The notes under the pieces: model-generated
The model's database searches: none
Seen by the model: the letters and a program-made list of their open reading frames with translations, nothing else
What the model was told of the DNA's origin: nothing
Position numbers and translations under genes: made by a program
Origin: Vicinamibacterales bacterium
Lineage (GTDB): Bacteria > Acidobacteriota > Vicinamibacteria > Vicinamibacterales > JAMQPK01
Assembly (NCBI GenBank): GCA_963761975.1
Contig: CAVXIR010000007.1
Coordinates: 558,965 to 622,964 of the forward strand
Reading direction: 5' to 3'
DNA: 64,000 nucleotides
Part shown: positions 17,597 to 25,739 of the stretch, piece by piece
How the letters are laid out: each line of letters starts with the position of its first letter
Position numbering within the stretch: position 1 is the first letter of the stretch

Positions 17597-17815
17597 ACCT
17601 CATTCTTACACAAGGAACTGTCATTTTCTGGCGGGCTGGATTCAAACTGACCCACTACCAAAAATCAGCCTCTCTTGTATTCGTGCCTCTTCGTGTTCCT
17701 GTGTGGGCCGCGTCCGCGGCCCGCGAAGTCGATGCCGCCGGTAAAATTCTGCCTCCTGATCTCCTGAGCTCCTGTTTTTGAAAGTCTCTGAGCGTCCGCG
17801 TCACTGCGTCAACGC

Positions 17816-18823
17816 TCAGCGAAGCAGAACCACGACCAACGCAATCAACGCGAGAATGAAAGCTGTGCCCGCCAACCCAAGCGCGTACACGGCGGCCTGC
17901 GGTGGAACGGTCGTCATCGTTTCGAGGAGCGTCCGAGGGCGGTCGGACAAGCCGTCGTTGAAGAGAGATTGCTGCATGACGCGCTTACCCGCAATGACGT
18001 CTTTGATTCCCTCGTCGAGATGGTGTTGCTGAATCACTTTCATCGTGTCGTGCTGAGGGGATGAGGCGGCTGACAGCGCGGCCTTCAGCACCGCATTACG
18101 GATATCGCCGCCGCTCACGGCGTATTTCTCGGCCAGCTCGCGAAAGTTCACGTCGTCTGCGAGCGGCGTCAGCGTGGGGTGCAGCTGCACGCGCCAGATT
18201 TGTTCGCGCTCGTCGACGCCGGGCATCTCGAACAGCACATGCGTGCGGATACGCCGCTCGAACGCCGGGTCGAAGTTCGCCGCCAGATTCGTGGCGAAAA
18301 TCACGACGCCGTCGAACCGCTCGAGTTCCTGCAGCAGCACGTTGACGACGATGTTCGATTCGCGCTGGTAGCCCAGATCGAGCGAGGTCGAACGGCGCGA
18401 GGCAATGGCATCGGCTTCGTCGAAGAAGAGCACGGCGTGCTCCTGGCGGGCGACGCGAAAGACCGCCGCCACGTTTTTCGGTGTTTCGCCCATCCACATC
18501 GATTCGAGCTCGGCGTATCGCACGACCAGCAACCGGCGTCCCAGCGCGTGAGCGATGGCTTCGGCGCAGATGGTCTTGCCAGTCCCGGACGGGCCAGCGA
18601 AGTTGAAGGCGAGCGAGAGACCTGTCGGGTGCCGTTGTCCAAGTCCCCATCGGTTGAAGATGAGGTCATGGCTCGTGACCTGGGCCAATGCCTGATCCAG
18701 CGACCGGCGGGTCGCGGCCGGCAGAATGACGTCGTGAAACGTGCGGCGCGGGACGGTGGACTCGACGGCCCGGCTCTGACCGGTGAGCCCTTCAAAGAGA
18801 CGGTTGAGAGGAAACGGTGCCAA
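17816..18823 (-). CDS. AAA+ ATPase with C-terminal transmembrane anchor (335 aa, TTG start uncertain)
   Basis: Walker A GPSGTGKT, Walker B LFFDEAD, second region of homology ..FDPAFERRI.. and a hydrophobic tail AAVYALGLAGTAFILALIALVVVLL. Confidence 0.85.
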   Translation of the reverse strand: MAPFPLNRLFEGLTGQSRAVESTVPRRTFHDVILPAATRRSLDQALAQVTSHDLIFNRWGLGQRHPTGLSLAFNFAGPSGTGKTICAEAIAHALGRRLLVVRYAELESMWMGETPKNVAAVFRVARQEHAVLFFDEADAIASRRSTSLDLGYQRESNIVVNVLLQELERFDGVVIFATNLAANFDPAFERRIRTHVLFEMPGVDEREQIWRVQLHPTLTPLADDVNFRELAEKYAVSGGDIRNAVLKAALSAASSPQHDTMKVIQQHHLDEGIKDVIAGKRVMQQSLFNDGLSDRPRTLLETMTTVPPQAAVYALGLAGTAFILALIALVVVLLR

Positions 18824-18833
18824 TATAGCGATT

Positions 18834-19427
18834 ATGACATCCGAATCGCTGGTCGGTATCGGCGTGGGGCTGGCGCTGGCGGCCGCAGCCGGGTTTCGCG
18901 TGTTCGTGCCGCTGCTCGCATTGAGTCTGGCGGCTCAGAGTGGATGGATCGCGTTGTCGCCGTCATTCGACTGGCTTGCCACGACACCAGCGTTGCTGGC
19001 CCTGGCAACCGCGACGATTCTCGAGATCTCCGCGTACTACATCCCGTTCCTCGACAACGTGCTCGATACCGTGGCTGCGCCTCTGGCCGTGATGGCGGGT
19101 GTCATCGCGAGCGCGTCAGTGCTGACCGATTTGCCCCCGTGGCTGCAGTACTCCATCGCCATTGTCGGCGCCGGGAGCACCGCCGGGGCCGTCCACGCGT
19201 CCACCTCGCTGCTCCGGCTGAAGAGCTCGGCCGCGACGGCCGGCTTCGGTAATCCGATTCTGGCGACGCTCGAGCTGGCCGGATCCGTCCTGATCGCGTT
19301 GCTGGCGCTCGTCGCGCCGCTCATCGCGCTGGCTGCCGTTGTGCTGATCGTGGTGATCGTCGCGAAACGCGTTAACGCGTGGCGTCTTGCGAACGCCCGC
19401 GCTGCTGTTGAATCCAGTACTCGCTGA
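18834..19427 (+). CDS. DUF4126-like polytopic membrane protein (197 aa)
   Basis: AAAGFRVFVPLL..., multiple Gly/Ala-rich TM segments. Divergent from the AAA+ gene, with start codons only 10 nt apart. Confidence 0.7.
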   Translation: MTSESLVGIGVGLALAAAAGFRVFVPLLALSLAAQSGWIALSPSFDWLATTPALLALATATILEISAYYIPFLDNVLDTVAAPLAVMAGVIASASVLTDLPPWLQYSIAIVGAGSTAGAVHASTSLLRLKSSAATAGFGNPILATLELAGSVLIALLALVAPLIALAAVVLIVVIVAKRVNAWRLANARAAVESSTR

Positions 19428-19533
19428 CGACGCCCGCGTCGTACTTTCGGCGTCGCCGCATCATCGGCCGAACGCTCTGATAGACGAAGAACGCGCCGCC
19501 AAGTCCAATCGCACCTAGAGCCATCCACAGCAT
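19372..19533 (-). CDS. possible small membrane protein (53 aa)
   Basis: MLWMALGAIGLGGAFFVYQSV then a basic tail. Overlaps the 3' end of the DUF4126 gene. Weak evidence. Confidence 0.25.
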   Translation of the reverse strand: MLWMALGAIGLGGAFFVYQSVRPMMRRRRKYDAGVVSEYWIQQQRGRSQDATR

Positions 19534-19619
19534 GGATCGATCTTCGCGGATCGCACGCGTTCGTGCAACTTGACAATCAGGAAACGGATCAAGATTGGAC
19601 GCGACGGAGACAAATTTTG

Positions 19620-20021
19620 TCACTCGTCATGCGAGCGTGCGCGACCGCGCATTTGTTTTACGGCGCCGCGCTTTTTCTTCGTCGCCAGGCGGTTTTCGCG
19701 GGCCGCCGCTTTCGGTTTTGTGGCACGCCGCGGCTTGGGCCGCCTCATGGCATGCTCGACGAGGGCGTTCAGCCTCGCGCGTGCGGCCTCGCGATTCTGC
19801 GCCTGCGTGCGATGCTCGCGGCTGTCAATTAAGAGCACGTCGTCGGAGGTGATCCGGCTGCCAGCCAGCTGCCGCAGCCGTTCTTTGACGTCGGGCGGCA
19901 GGGCCGATGCGGCGACGTTGAAGCGCAGCTCGACTGCGGTCGACACTTTGTTGACGTTCTGACCGCCGGGCCCCGAGGCGCGAACGAATCGTTCCTCGAT
20001 GTCCTTTTCGTCCAGGTGCAT
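19620..20021 (-). CDS. arfB: alternative ribosome-rescue factor ArfB (peptidyl-tRNA hydrolase, GGQ)
   Basis: 133 aa with SGPGGQNVNKVSTAVELRF and a long basic C-terminal tail. The 383-aa ORF in the track is an artefactual extension. Confidence 0.9.
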   Translation of the reverse strand: MHLDEKDIEERFVRASGPGGQNVNKVSTAVELRFNVAASALPPDVKERLRQLAGSRITSDDVLLIDSREHRTQAQNREAARARLNALVEHAMRRPKPRRATKPKAAARENRLATKKKRGAVKQMRGRARSHDE

Positions 20022-20024
20022 GAT

Positions 20025-20098
20025 TCGTAGCTCGTAGCTGGTAGCTCGTACCGACACGTAGCTTGTAGCTCTAGCGTGGGATGCTGCCAGCTGCCAGC
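20025..20098. repeat. palindromic array: GTAGCT units (left) and CAGCTA/CAGCTG units (right)
   Basis: TCGTAGCTCGTAGCTGGTAGCTCGTA...GCTGCCAGCTGCCAGCTACCAGCTA. Lies between divergent genes. Confidence 0.85.
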
Positions 20099-20171
20099 TA
20101 CCAGCTAGGTCCATGCTAACATCGCGCCTTCGCCCCCACAGAAACCGGGTTCTTTTTTGAGGATGGCAGCC

Positions 20172-22028
20172 ATGAAGAAACTCCTTACCTGCGTACTCGG
20201 GCCAGTGCTCGCCGCTTTGGCTGTGGCCGCATGCGGCACGGCTACTCCAGCCGCGACTGCCGGTTCTGGTTCGACGGTGACCATCGATTCGCCAATGACC
20301 GCGCCGAAATGGGCGCAGATGGAAAGGCAGCTGCTCGCCGAGAACGTGCCTGCGGCACGCGAGTTCTTCCAGAAGTATTTCGACGATCGCGGCTACCTTC
20401 TGTGCTTCGTCCGCTGGGGCGCGAACGACGGCCCGGACGATGCGTTCGAGAATTTCAATTATTGGCCCGAGCTTCACGCGCTGGGCGCGGGTGACGAGAT
20501 CGTCCAGATGTACCTGAAGGGTCACGAGGGGATGATCAAGCAGTACACCGAGGCCAAGACGGGAAAGGGCGTGCCCGCCGGCATGGACGGCATGTACGTC
20601 AAGGAGTTCAGCGCGCTGTCCGACTGGCAGCACCACGGCGAAGGGCTTCAGCTCTTCAACCGCATGGCGCTGTCGGTGCCGGCCGATCCGAAATATCTCG
20701 AGCGTGTCCGCCGCTTCGCCGGCTTGTATATGGGCGAGGACCCCGACGCGCCGAACTACGATCCGAAGCACAACATCATCCGCAGCATGATGAACGGCAG
20801 CAAAGGGCCACTGTTGCGGAAGGCGACGTCCATGGAGTGGGTGGGTGAGCCGTTCGACATGAGCGGGTTCGACGCACTACACGGCGAGCGCAACTTCAAC
20901 GAGTTCCTCGCGCACTACCAGGAGTACCACGACGTCGTCGGCGACCATGCGTTGAATCTGGTGGCGACGACCCTGCCGGCGAACGCGTACTTCGCGACGG
21001 GCGATCAGAAATACAAGAAGTGGGTGATCACCTATGTCGATGGGTGGCTCGATCGGATGAAGCAGAACAACGGCATCATCCCGACCTTTGTGGATTTGGA
21101 CGGCAAGATTGGTGGACCGAGCGGAAAGTGGTGGGGCAGCGCATACGGCTGGGGGTTCAGTCCGGTGAATCCGGTGACCAATCGCCGCGAGAATCGCAAT
21201 CGGATGGAGCGGCCCATCATCGGCCTCAACAATGCGCTGTTGCTGACCGGCGATCAGAAGTACATCGACGCATGGCGCAACATGATGAATGCGGTGAACG
21301 CGAACGCACGGACGGTCGACGGGAAAACTCAGTATCCAACGATGTACGGTCTGGATCTGGCGACCGATCCGCGCAGCACCAAGCCGGGCTGGTACGGCTG
21401 GCGCGATCGCCCATGGAACGTCGGAGCGTTCGAGGTGTGGTATTTCTCTCAGAAGCCCGAGGACCTCGCCCGAGTCGAGAAAAATCCATGGGCCGAGTAC
21501 CTTCAGGGACGAAACCCGAGCTACCCCGAGACGGCGATGGCTGAAGATCTCGCGATCATCAAGCGCCGGGTCGAAGGCATACGGAAAGATCAGTCGAAAC
21601 CCGACAAGCGCCTTGCCGACAACATGCTCGATCTGAACCCGGTAAAGACGACGGCCCTGATTCAACTCACCCAGGGAGGGATGGAGCCGGATCGCCGCGG
21701 AAATCTCGTCAATTCCCGGCTGCGTTACTTCGATCCCGCCCGCAAGCGGGCCGGGCTGCCTGAAGACGTCGCGGCGCTCGTTTCAGAAATGAGCGACACA
21801 GGCACGGTCGTGACCCTTGTGAACGTGAGCACGACGACGCCGCGCACGGTCGTCGTCCAGGGCGGCGCGTATGCCGAACACATCATCGAATCGGTCGACT
21901 GGAACGGAAAAACGATCCCGGTCGGCAAGGCCAATTTCAGTGTGACGCTGAACCCTGGAGCCGGCGGGAAGCTGACTTTGAAGATGAAGCGCTATGCCGG
22001 CGATGCGACAGTGAAGTTTCCTTTCTGA
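20172..22028 (+). CDS. hypothetical lipoprotein (618 aa)
   Basis: Lipobox LAVAAC after MKKLLTCVLGPVLAA. Large conserved-looking ORF. I could not assign a family with confidence. Confidence 0.7.
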   Translation: MKKLLTCVLGPVLAALAVAACGTATPAATAGSGSTVTIDSPMTAPKWAQMERQLLAENVPAAREFFQKYFDDRGYLLCFVRWGANDGPDDAFENFNYWPELHALGAGDEIVQMYLKGHEGMIKQYTEAKTGKGVPAGMDGMYVKEFSALSDWQHHGEGLQLFNRMALSVPADPKYLERVRRFAGLYMGEDPDAPNYDPKHNIIRSMMNGSKGPLLRKATSMEWVGEPFDMSGFDALHGERNFNEFLAHYQEYHDVVGDHALNLVATTLPANAYFATGDQKYKKWVITYVDGWLDRMKQNNGIIPTFVDLDGKIGGPSGKWWGSAYGWGFSPVNPVTNRRENRNRMERPIIGLNNALLLTGDQKYIDAWRNMMNAVNANARTVDGKTQYPTMYGLDLATDPRSTKPGWYGWRDRPWNVGAFEVWYFSQKPEDLARVEKNPWAEYLQGRNPSYPETAMAEDLAIIKRRVEGIRKDQSKPDKRLADNMLDLNPVKTTALIQLTQGGMEPDRRGNLVNSRLRYFDPARKRAGLPEDVAALVSEMSDTGTVVTLVNVSTTTPRTVVVQGGAYAEHIIESVDWNGKTIPVGKANFSVTLNPGAGGKLTLKMKRYAGDATVKFPF

Positions 22029-22270
22029 TGAGCCGCAGAAGTTTCAGAATCGCAGCCTTTGTTTGCATCGCGGTGTTCGCATTTACGGCGATCACCGCGG
22101 TGCAGGCGTTTGCGCTCGTCGATGCACAGACACCGGTCGAAGACCTCTTCGCCGCGGTGCGCCTGTGGGTGCCCGCCGCCGTTCCAGATGTTTCGCTTCC
22201 GACCGCGCCGGCAGTTGACACCCATTCTCCGCGCCCGCCGCCCCTCCTCCCCATCTCTAACCAATTCTGA
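22028..22270 (+). CDS. possible small secreted protein (80 aa)
   Basis: The start overlaps the upstream stop by 1 nt. Signal-like FRIAAFVCIAVFAFTAITAVQAFA. Confidence 0.35.
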   Translation: MSRRSFRIAAFVCIAVFAFTAITAVQAFALVDAQTPVEDLFAAVRLWVPAAVPDVSLPTAPAVDTHSPRPPPLLPISNQF

Positions 22271-22294
22271 GCTGAGGCGCCACCGTCGGCGCAG

Positions 22295-22326
22295 CTGGTA
22301 GGGCGCAACTTCAGTTGCGCTACCAG
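22295..22326. repeat. GTAG-type hairpin CTGGTAGGGCGCAAC-TTCA-GTTGCGCTACCAG
   Basis: Read directly. Member of the covarying hairpin family (see findings). Confidence 0.7.
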
Positions 22327-22365
22327 ACTTGAAGCCGTCTGCATGACGGTCGAGAGGAAAGGGCT

Positions 22366-22572
22366 ATGTCTTGGCGACACAGGCTCCGCACAATTCTCGT
22401 GTGCGCGATGCTGGAGTACGCGGCGCTGTACGGGACGGCAATGCGACCCGAACAGATTGAAGAACTGATGCGAACGATGAACAGGCCAACGCTGGCGCAC
22501 GTCAATCCGGAGGAAAGCGACCGCGGTGACGGCGCCGATGACCACGAAGGCGCGATGACCACGGACAACTAA
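22366..22572 (+). CDS. possible small acidic protein (68 aa)
   Basis: AGGAAAGG RBS-like motif about 5 nt before the ATG. No family recognised. Confidence 0.35.
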   Translation: MSWRHRLRTILVCAMLEYAALYGTAMRPEQIEELMRTMNRPTLAHVNPEESDRGDGADDHEGAMTTDN

Positions 22573-22767
22573 CCACGAAGCCACGAAACCACGAAGACAC
22601 GAAGACACGACGACACGACGACACAACAATGGACCCGCGACCCACGAACCTACGAACCTTACGAACTTCACGAACTTCACGAACCCACGAACCTGCGTCG
22701 CGCCATCACCCAGTCATTCGGGGCGCGGCAGCCGACGAACCCACGAAGCCTTACGAACCTACGAACC
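22573..22767. repeat. composite direct array: CCACGAAG/ACACGA(A/C)G units, then CACGAACC units, interrupted by a short GC hairpin
   Basis: Read directly. It fills the gap up to the ferredoxin stop. Confidence 0.9.
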
Positions 22768-23120
22768 TATGAGATCCAGACCGCCTCTGGCGTTATCGTC
22801 TCTTCCGGTGTGCGTCCAGGATCTGGCCGGCCCGACCCGTCGAGCCGGCTAATCGCGCGGACGGTCATATCGTGATCGCACAGGATTTGACAGGACAGCC
22901 TTACGCCCGAGAGGCCCCGTTGTGCGAGCCGTTCCTTCTCGGCCGTCGTCATCCTCGACGGTTCGCCTTCGATGAACTCGACGCGGCAGGTTGTGCACCG
23001 CGCGTTTCCACCGCAGGCGTGCAGAATGTCGACTTTCGCATCCTGCTCGATCGCGAGCACGAGGCGTTTGTTCTCGGCGACATCGAACGTTCCATATCCT
23101 TCAACAGTCAGATTTGGCAT
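22767..23120 (-). CDS. plant-type [2Fe-2S] ferredoxin (117 aa)
   Basis: Cys pattern CGGNARCTTC...C (C-x4-C-x2-C ... C) in a beta-grasp-sized protein. Confidence 0.85.
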   Translation of the reverse strand: MPNLTVEGYGTFDVAENKRLVLAIEQDAKVDILHACGGNARCTTCRVEFIEGEPSRMTTAEKERLAQRGLSGVRLSCQILCDHDMTVRAISRLDGSGRPDPGRTPEETITPEAVWIS

Positions 23121-23137
23121 ACATCATTCTATACACT

Positions 23138-23318
23138 GCGGTTCTGGGTTCTGCGGTTCTGGGTTCTAGGTGCTGGTTCGTTCAGGTTCTAGGTTCAGAT
23201 TCTACGTTCGGGTTCTACGTTCAGTACTAGGTTCCGTTTTTGCGCAGAATGTCTGAACCTAGCACCCCGAACTGAACACCGAGAGCCCAGCACCCAGCAC
23301 CCAGAACCGAGAACCGCG
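23138..23318. repeat. 181-bp palindromic array: GGTTCTG/GGTTCTA units (left) and CCCAGCAC/CAGAACC units (right), with termini CGCGGTTCT / AGAACCGCG
   Basis: Read directly. Lies between divergent genes (ferredoxin and the antitoxin). Confidence 0.9.
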
Positions 23319-23335
23319 TAATGTACAATGCACAT

Positions 23336-23584
23336 ATGAAGCGGTACTCCGTCGCGGAGGCGCGTGCGAGATTTTCCGACCTGCTCGACGCGGCCGAGAA
23401 AGGGCAGCCCTCAGTGATCGAGCGACGCGGCGTGCGGTTTGTCATTCGCCCGGAGGATGGCCCACGCCGCGGCAGCCGGCGCAGCATGATCGAGTACATC
23501 GATCCTGATGTGGCCCGCGGTCAGTGGACCTGGAAATTGGGCGCCGATGGGTTGCGGTTCGAAGGTCGGCGGCCTCGCAAGTGA
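23336..23584 (+). CDS. type II antitoxin (Phd/YefM- or VapB-like)
   Basis: MKRYSVAEARARFSDLLDAAEKGQPSVIERRG is typical of antitoxin N-termini. GTGA overlap with the PIN toxin gene. Confidence 0.7.
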   Translation: MKRYSVAEARARFSDLLDAAEKGQPSVIERRGVRFVIRPEDGPRRGSRRSMIEYIDPDVARGQWTWKLGADGLRFEGRRPRK

Positions 23585-23949
23585 TTCTGCTCGACACCAA
23601 CGCGCTCATCTGGCTCCACCGTCGTGACCGCCGGACACGTAGCCTCGATAAATACGCGACAATCTATGCGTCGCCCGCCAGCCTTCTGGAGCTCCAGATC
23701 CTCATCGAATCTGGCCGGATGCGTCTTCGTCGGGGAACGACGCTGGAGCAGTTGATGGGCGATACGCAGTGGCTTCTCGACGATCCCCCCTCTGCCGACT
23801 GGTTTTCGCGCGCGGTCGATATCGGCTGGACGCGCGATCCGTTTGACCGTCTGCTCGTGGCGCATGCCGGGCTTCGGGGCTGGCGCCTCGCGACCGGCGA
23901 TACTCATCTCGTCGCCAGGCTTGGCGAGCCGCGAAGTGTGGAGCTCTGA
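23581..23949 (+). CDS. vapC: PIN-domain toxin (VapC-like, 122 aa, GTG start)
   Basis: VILLDTNALIW.. (first acidic residue), ..SLLEL.., ..DPFDRLLVA.. acidic PIN signature. Confidence 0.8.
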   Translation: MILLDTNALIWLHRRDRRTRSLDKYATIYASPASLLELQILIESGRMRLRRGTTLEQLMGDTQWLLDDPPSADWFSRAVDIGWTRDPFDRLLVAHAGLRGWRLATGDTHLVARLGEPRSVEL

Positions 23950-23958
23950 TTCGACTTT

Positions 23959-25590
23959 ATGGCAATGGAATCAAATTCGGATCTGCCGCAAACGGTAGAT
24001 CAATCGGTCCAGAGCGAGCTCGAGCGCGAGGTGGCCCGGCGGCGGACCTTCGCCATCATCTCGCATCCAGACGCAGGCAAGACCACGCTGACCGAGAAGC
24101 TGCTGCTTTATGCCGGTGCGATCGAGCTCGCGGGCGCAGTTCGCGGACGAAAAGATCGACGTGCGGCGACCTCCGACTGGATGGAGCTCGAACAGCAGCG
24201 TGGCATCTCGATCACGTCGGCCGCGCTCGAATTCGAGATTCAGGGGCGGCGCATGTCGCTGCTCGACACCCCGGGTCACAAGGACTTCAGCGAAGACACC
24301 TACCGCGCGCTGATTGCCGCCGATAGCGTGGTGATGGTGATCGACGCGGCAAATGGCGTCGAGTCGCAGACCCGCAAGCTCTACGAGGTGTGTCATCGCC
24401 ACCGGCTGCCCATTCTTACGTTTGTCAACAAGTTCGATCGACCGGCCAAAGATCCGCTCGAGCTGATGGACGATATCGAGACGACGCTCGGCATCGCGGC
24501 GGCGCCGGTGAACTGGCCTGTCGGGAACGCCGACGAGTTTCGAGGCGTGTACGACATCCAGCGCCAGACACTGCATCGCTACGAACGCGAAGCGCAGGGT
24601 CAGTATCGTGCGCCGGTCGACGTCTCCGCGATCGACGATCCCGAAGCGCGGTCCGTGATCGGCGACAACGTCTACGCGCATTTCCGCGAGTCGCTCGACG
24701 TCATCCGGTCGGCCGGCACGCATTTCGACGTCGACGAATATCTGGCCGGTCTTCAGACGCCGGTATTCTTCGGCAGCGCGCTCACCAACTTCGGCCTCGA
24801 GCCGTTTCTTCAGGCGCTGGTCGAGCTGGCGCCGCCGCCGGCGGCGCGGTCGAGCGACTCGGGTGTCGTCAATCCGACAGATGATCGTTTTACGGGCTTC
24901 GTCTTCAAGATTCAGGCGAACATGGATCCGCGTCACCGGGATCGCATTGCCTTCGTACGCGTGTGTTCGGGCCGGTTCGAGAAAGACATGGTCCTGTCGA
25001 ACAGCCGCGTTGGCAAGCCACTCCGCGCGTCGCGCGCGTATCGCTTCTTCGGTCGCGACCGCGAGACGATCGACCTGGCCTATGCCGGAGACATTCTCGG
25101 CCTGGTGAATCCCGGCCAGTTTGCGATCGGCGATACGGTGCACACCGGGCAGCCGCTCAAGTTTCTCGGCGTCCCGAGATTCCCGGCCGAGCACTTCGGG
25201 CGCGTGCGTCTGAAAGATACGCGCTACAAGCAGTTCGACGAGGGCATGAAGCAGCTCGAGGAAGAAGGGCTGATGCAGGTGTTCTACACGGCAGCCGGCC
25301 GTCGCGAGCCCATTGTCGGCGTGGTCGGGCAGCTTCAGCTCGACGTCATCACGCATCGGTTGCGCGGCGAGTACAACGTCGAGGTCGTCATCGAGCCTGC
25401 CACCTTCGCGGCCGCACGGTGGCTGGCCGATGCGTCGGCGAAGTTCACGTTGGGCGGGCAGGGCGCTGTCGCAACCGACCGGCTCGAGCGCAAGGTCATC
25501 CTGTTCAGCTCCCCCTGGGAGCTCGAGTATTTCGGCCGTCAGCACCCCAACGTCGAGCTGCTCGCGGAATCGCCGCAGCCAGTGACATGA
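23959..25590 (+). CDS. prfC: peptide chain release factor 3
   Basis: RRTFAIISHPDAGKTTLTEKLL, DTPGHKDF, NKFDR GTPase motifs and full RF3-like length (543 aa). Confidence 0.95.
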   Translation: MAMESNSDLPQTVDQSVQSELEREVARRRTFAIISHPDAGKTTLTEKLLLYAGAIELAGAVRGRKDRRAATSDWMELEQQRGISITSAALEFEIQGRRMSLLDTPGHKDFSEDTYRALIAADSVVMVIDAANGVESQTRKLYEVCHRHRLPILTFVNKFDRPAKDPLELMDDIETTLGIAAAPVNWPVGNADEFRGVYDIQRQTLHRYEREAQGQYRAPVDVSAIDDPEARSVIGDNVYAHFRESLDVIRSAGTHFDVDEYLAGLQTPVFFGSALTNFGLEPFLQALVELAPPPAARSSDSGVVNPTDDRFTGFVFKIQANMDPRHRDRIAFVRVCSGRFEKDMVLSNSRVGKPLRASRAYRFFGRDRETIDLAYAGDILGLVNPGQFAIGDTVHTGQPLKFLGVPRFPAEHFGRVRLKDTRYKQFDEGMKQLEEEGLMQVFYTAAGRREPIVGVVGQLQLDVITHRLRGEYNVEVVIEPATFAAARWLADASAKFTLGGQGAVATDRLERKVILFSSPWELEYFGRQHPNVELLAESPQPVT

Positions 25591-25651
25591 TCGCGGCGGT
25601 CTTTCACGTCACAGAGGAGCCTCTCGAACAGAGGAAATACAAAGCCTCTTT

Positions 25652-25678
25652 GCCGGGTCTAAAAGAACAAGACCCGGC
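25652..25678 (+). terminator. hairpin GCCGGGTC-11nt-GACCCGGC downstream of prfC (no T-tract)
   Basis: Read directly, 62 nt after the prfC stop. Confidence 0.3.
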
Positions 25679-25694
25679 CTACGTGTAGCTAAGA

Positions 25695-25726
25695 ACGTAG
25701 GGCGGGTCCTGCTCTGTGGACCCGCC
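25695..25726. repeat. ACGTAG-type hairpin ACGTAG-GGCGGGTCC-TGCTCTGT-GGACCCGCC
   Basis: Read directly, just upstream of the ABC-F start. Confidence 0.7.
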
Positions 25727-25739
25727 GTCCAAGAAATCA

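Larger units (their letters stand above)
14008..17659. mobile_element. IS1-family (single-ORF, ISMhu11-like) transposon with cargo genes, 3652 bp
   Basis: Perfect 17-bp TIRs GGTAGTGGGTCAGTTTG (14008-14024 and the reverse complement at 17643-17659). Flanked by the 8-bp direct repeat AAAAATCA (14000-14007 and 17660-17667). The IS1-type transposase lies inside. Confidence 0.85.

Noticed and set aside
19620-20771. The 383-aa ORF on the minus strand as an extended ArfB.
   Set aside because: Only the last 133 codons match the GGQ-type ArfB. The upstream 250 codons are antisense to the lipoprotein gene and cross the GTAGCT repeat array.
23301-23338. A leaderless-mRNA promoter for the antitoxin gene (TACAAT at 23324-23329, 6 nt before the ATG).
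   Set aside because: The -10 match is good, but the corresponding -35 (CCAGAA) is poor and lies inside the repeat array. It cannot be supported without TSS data.
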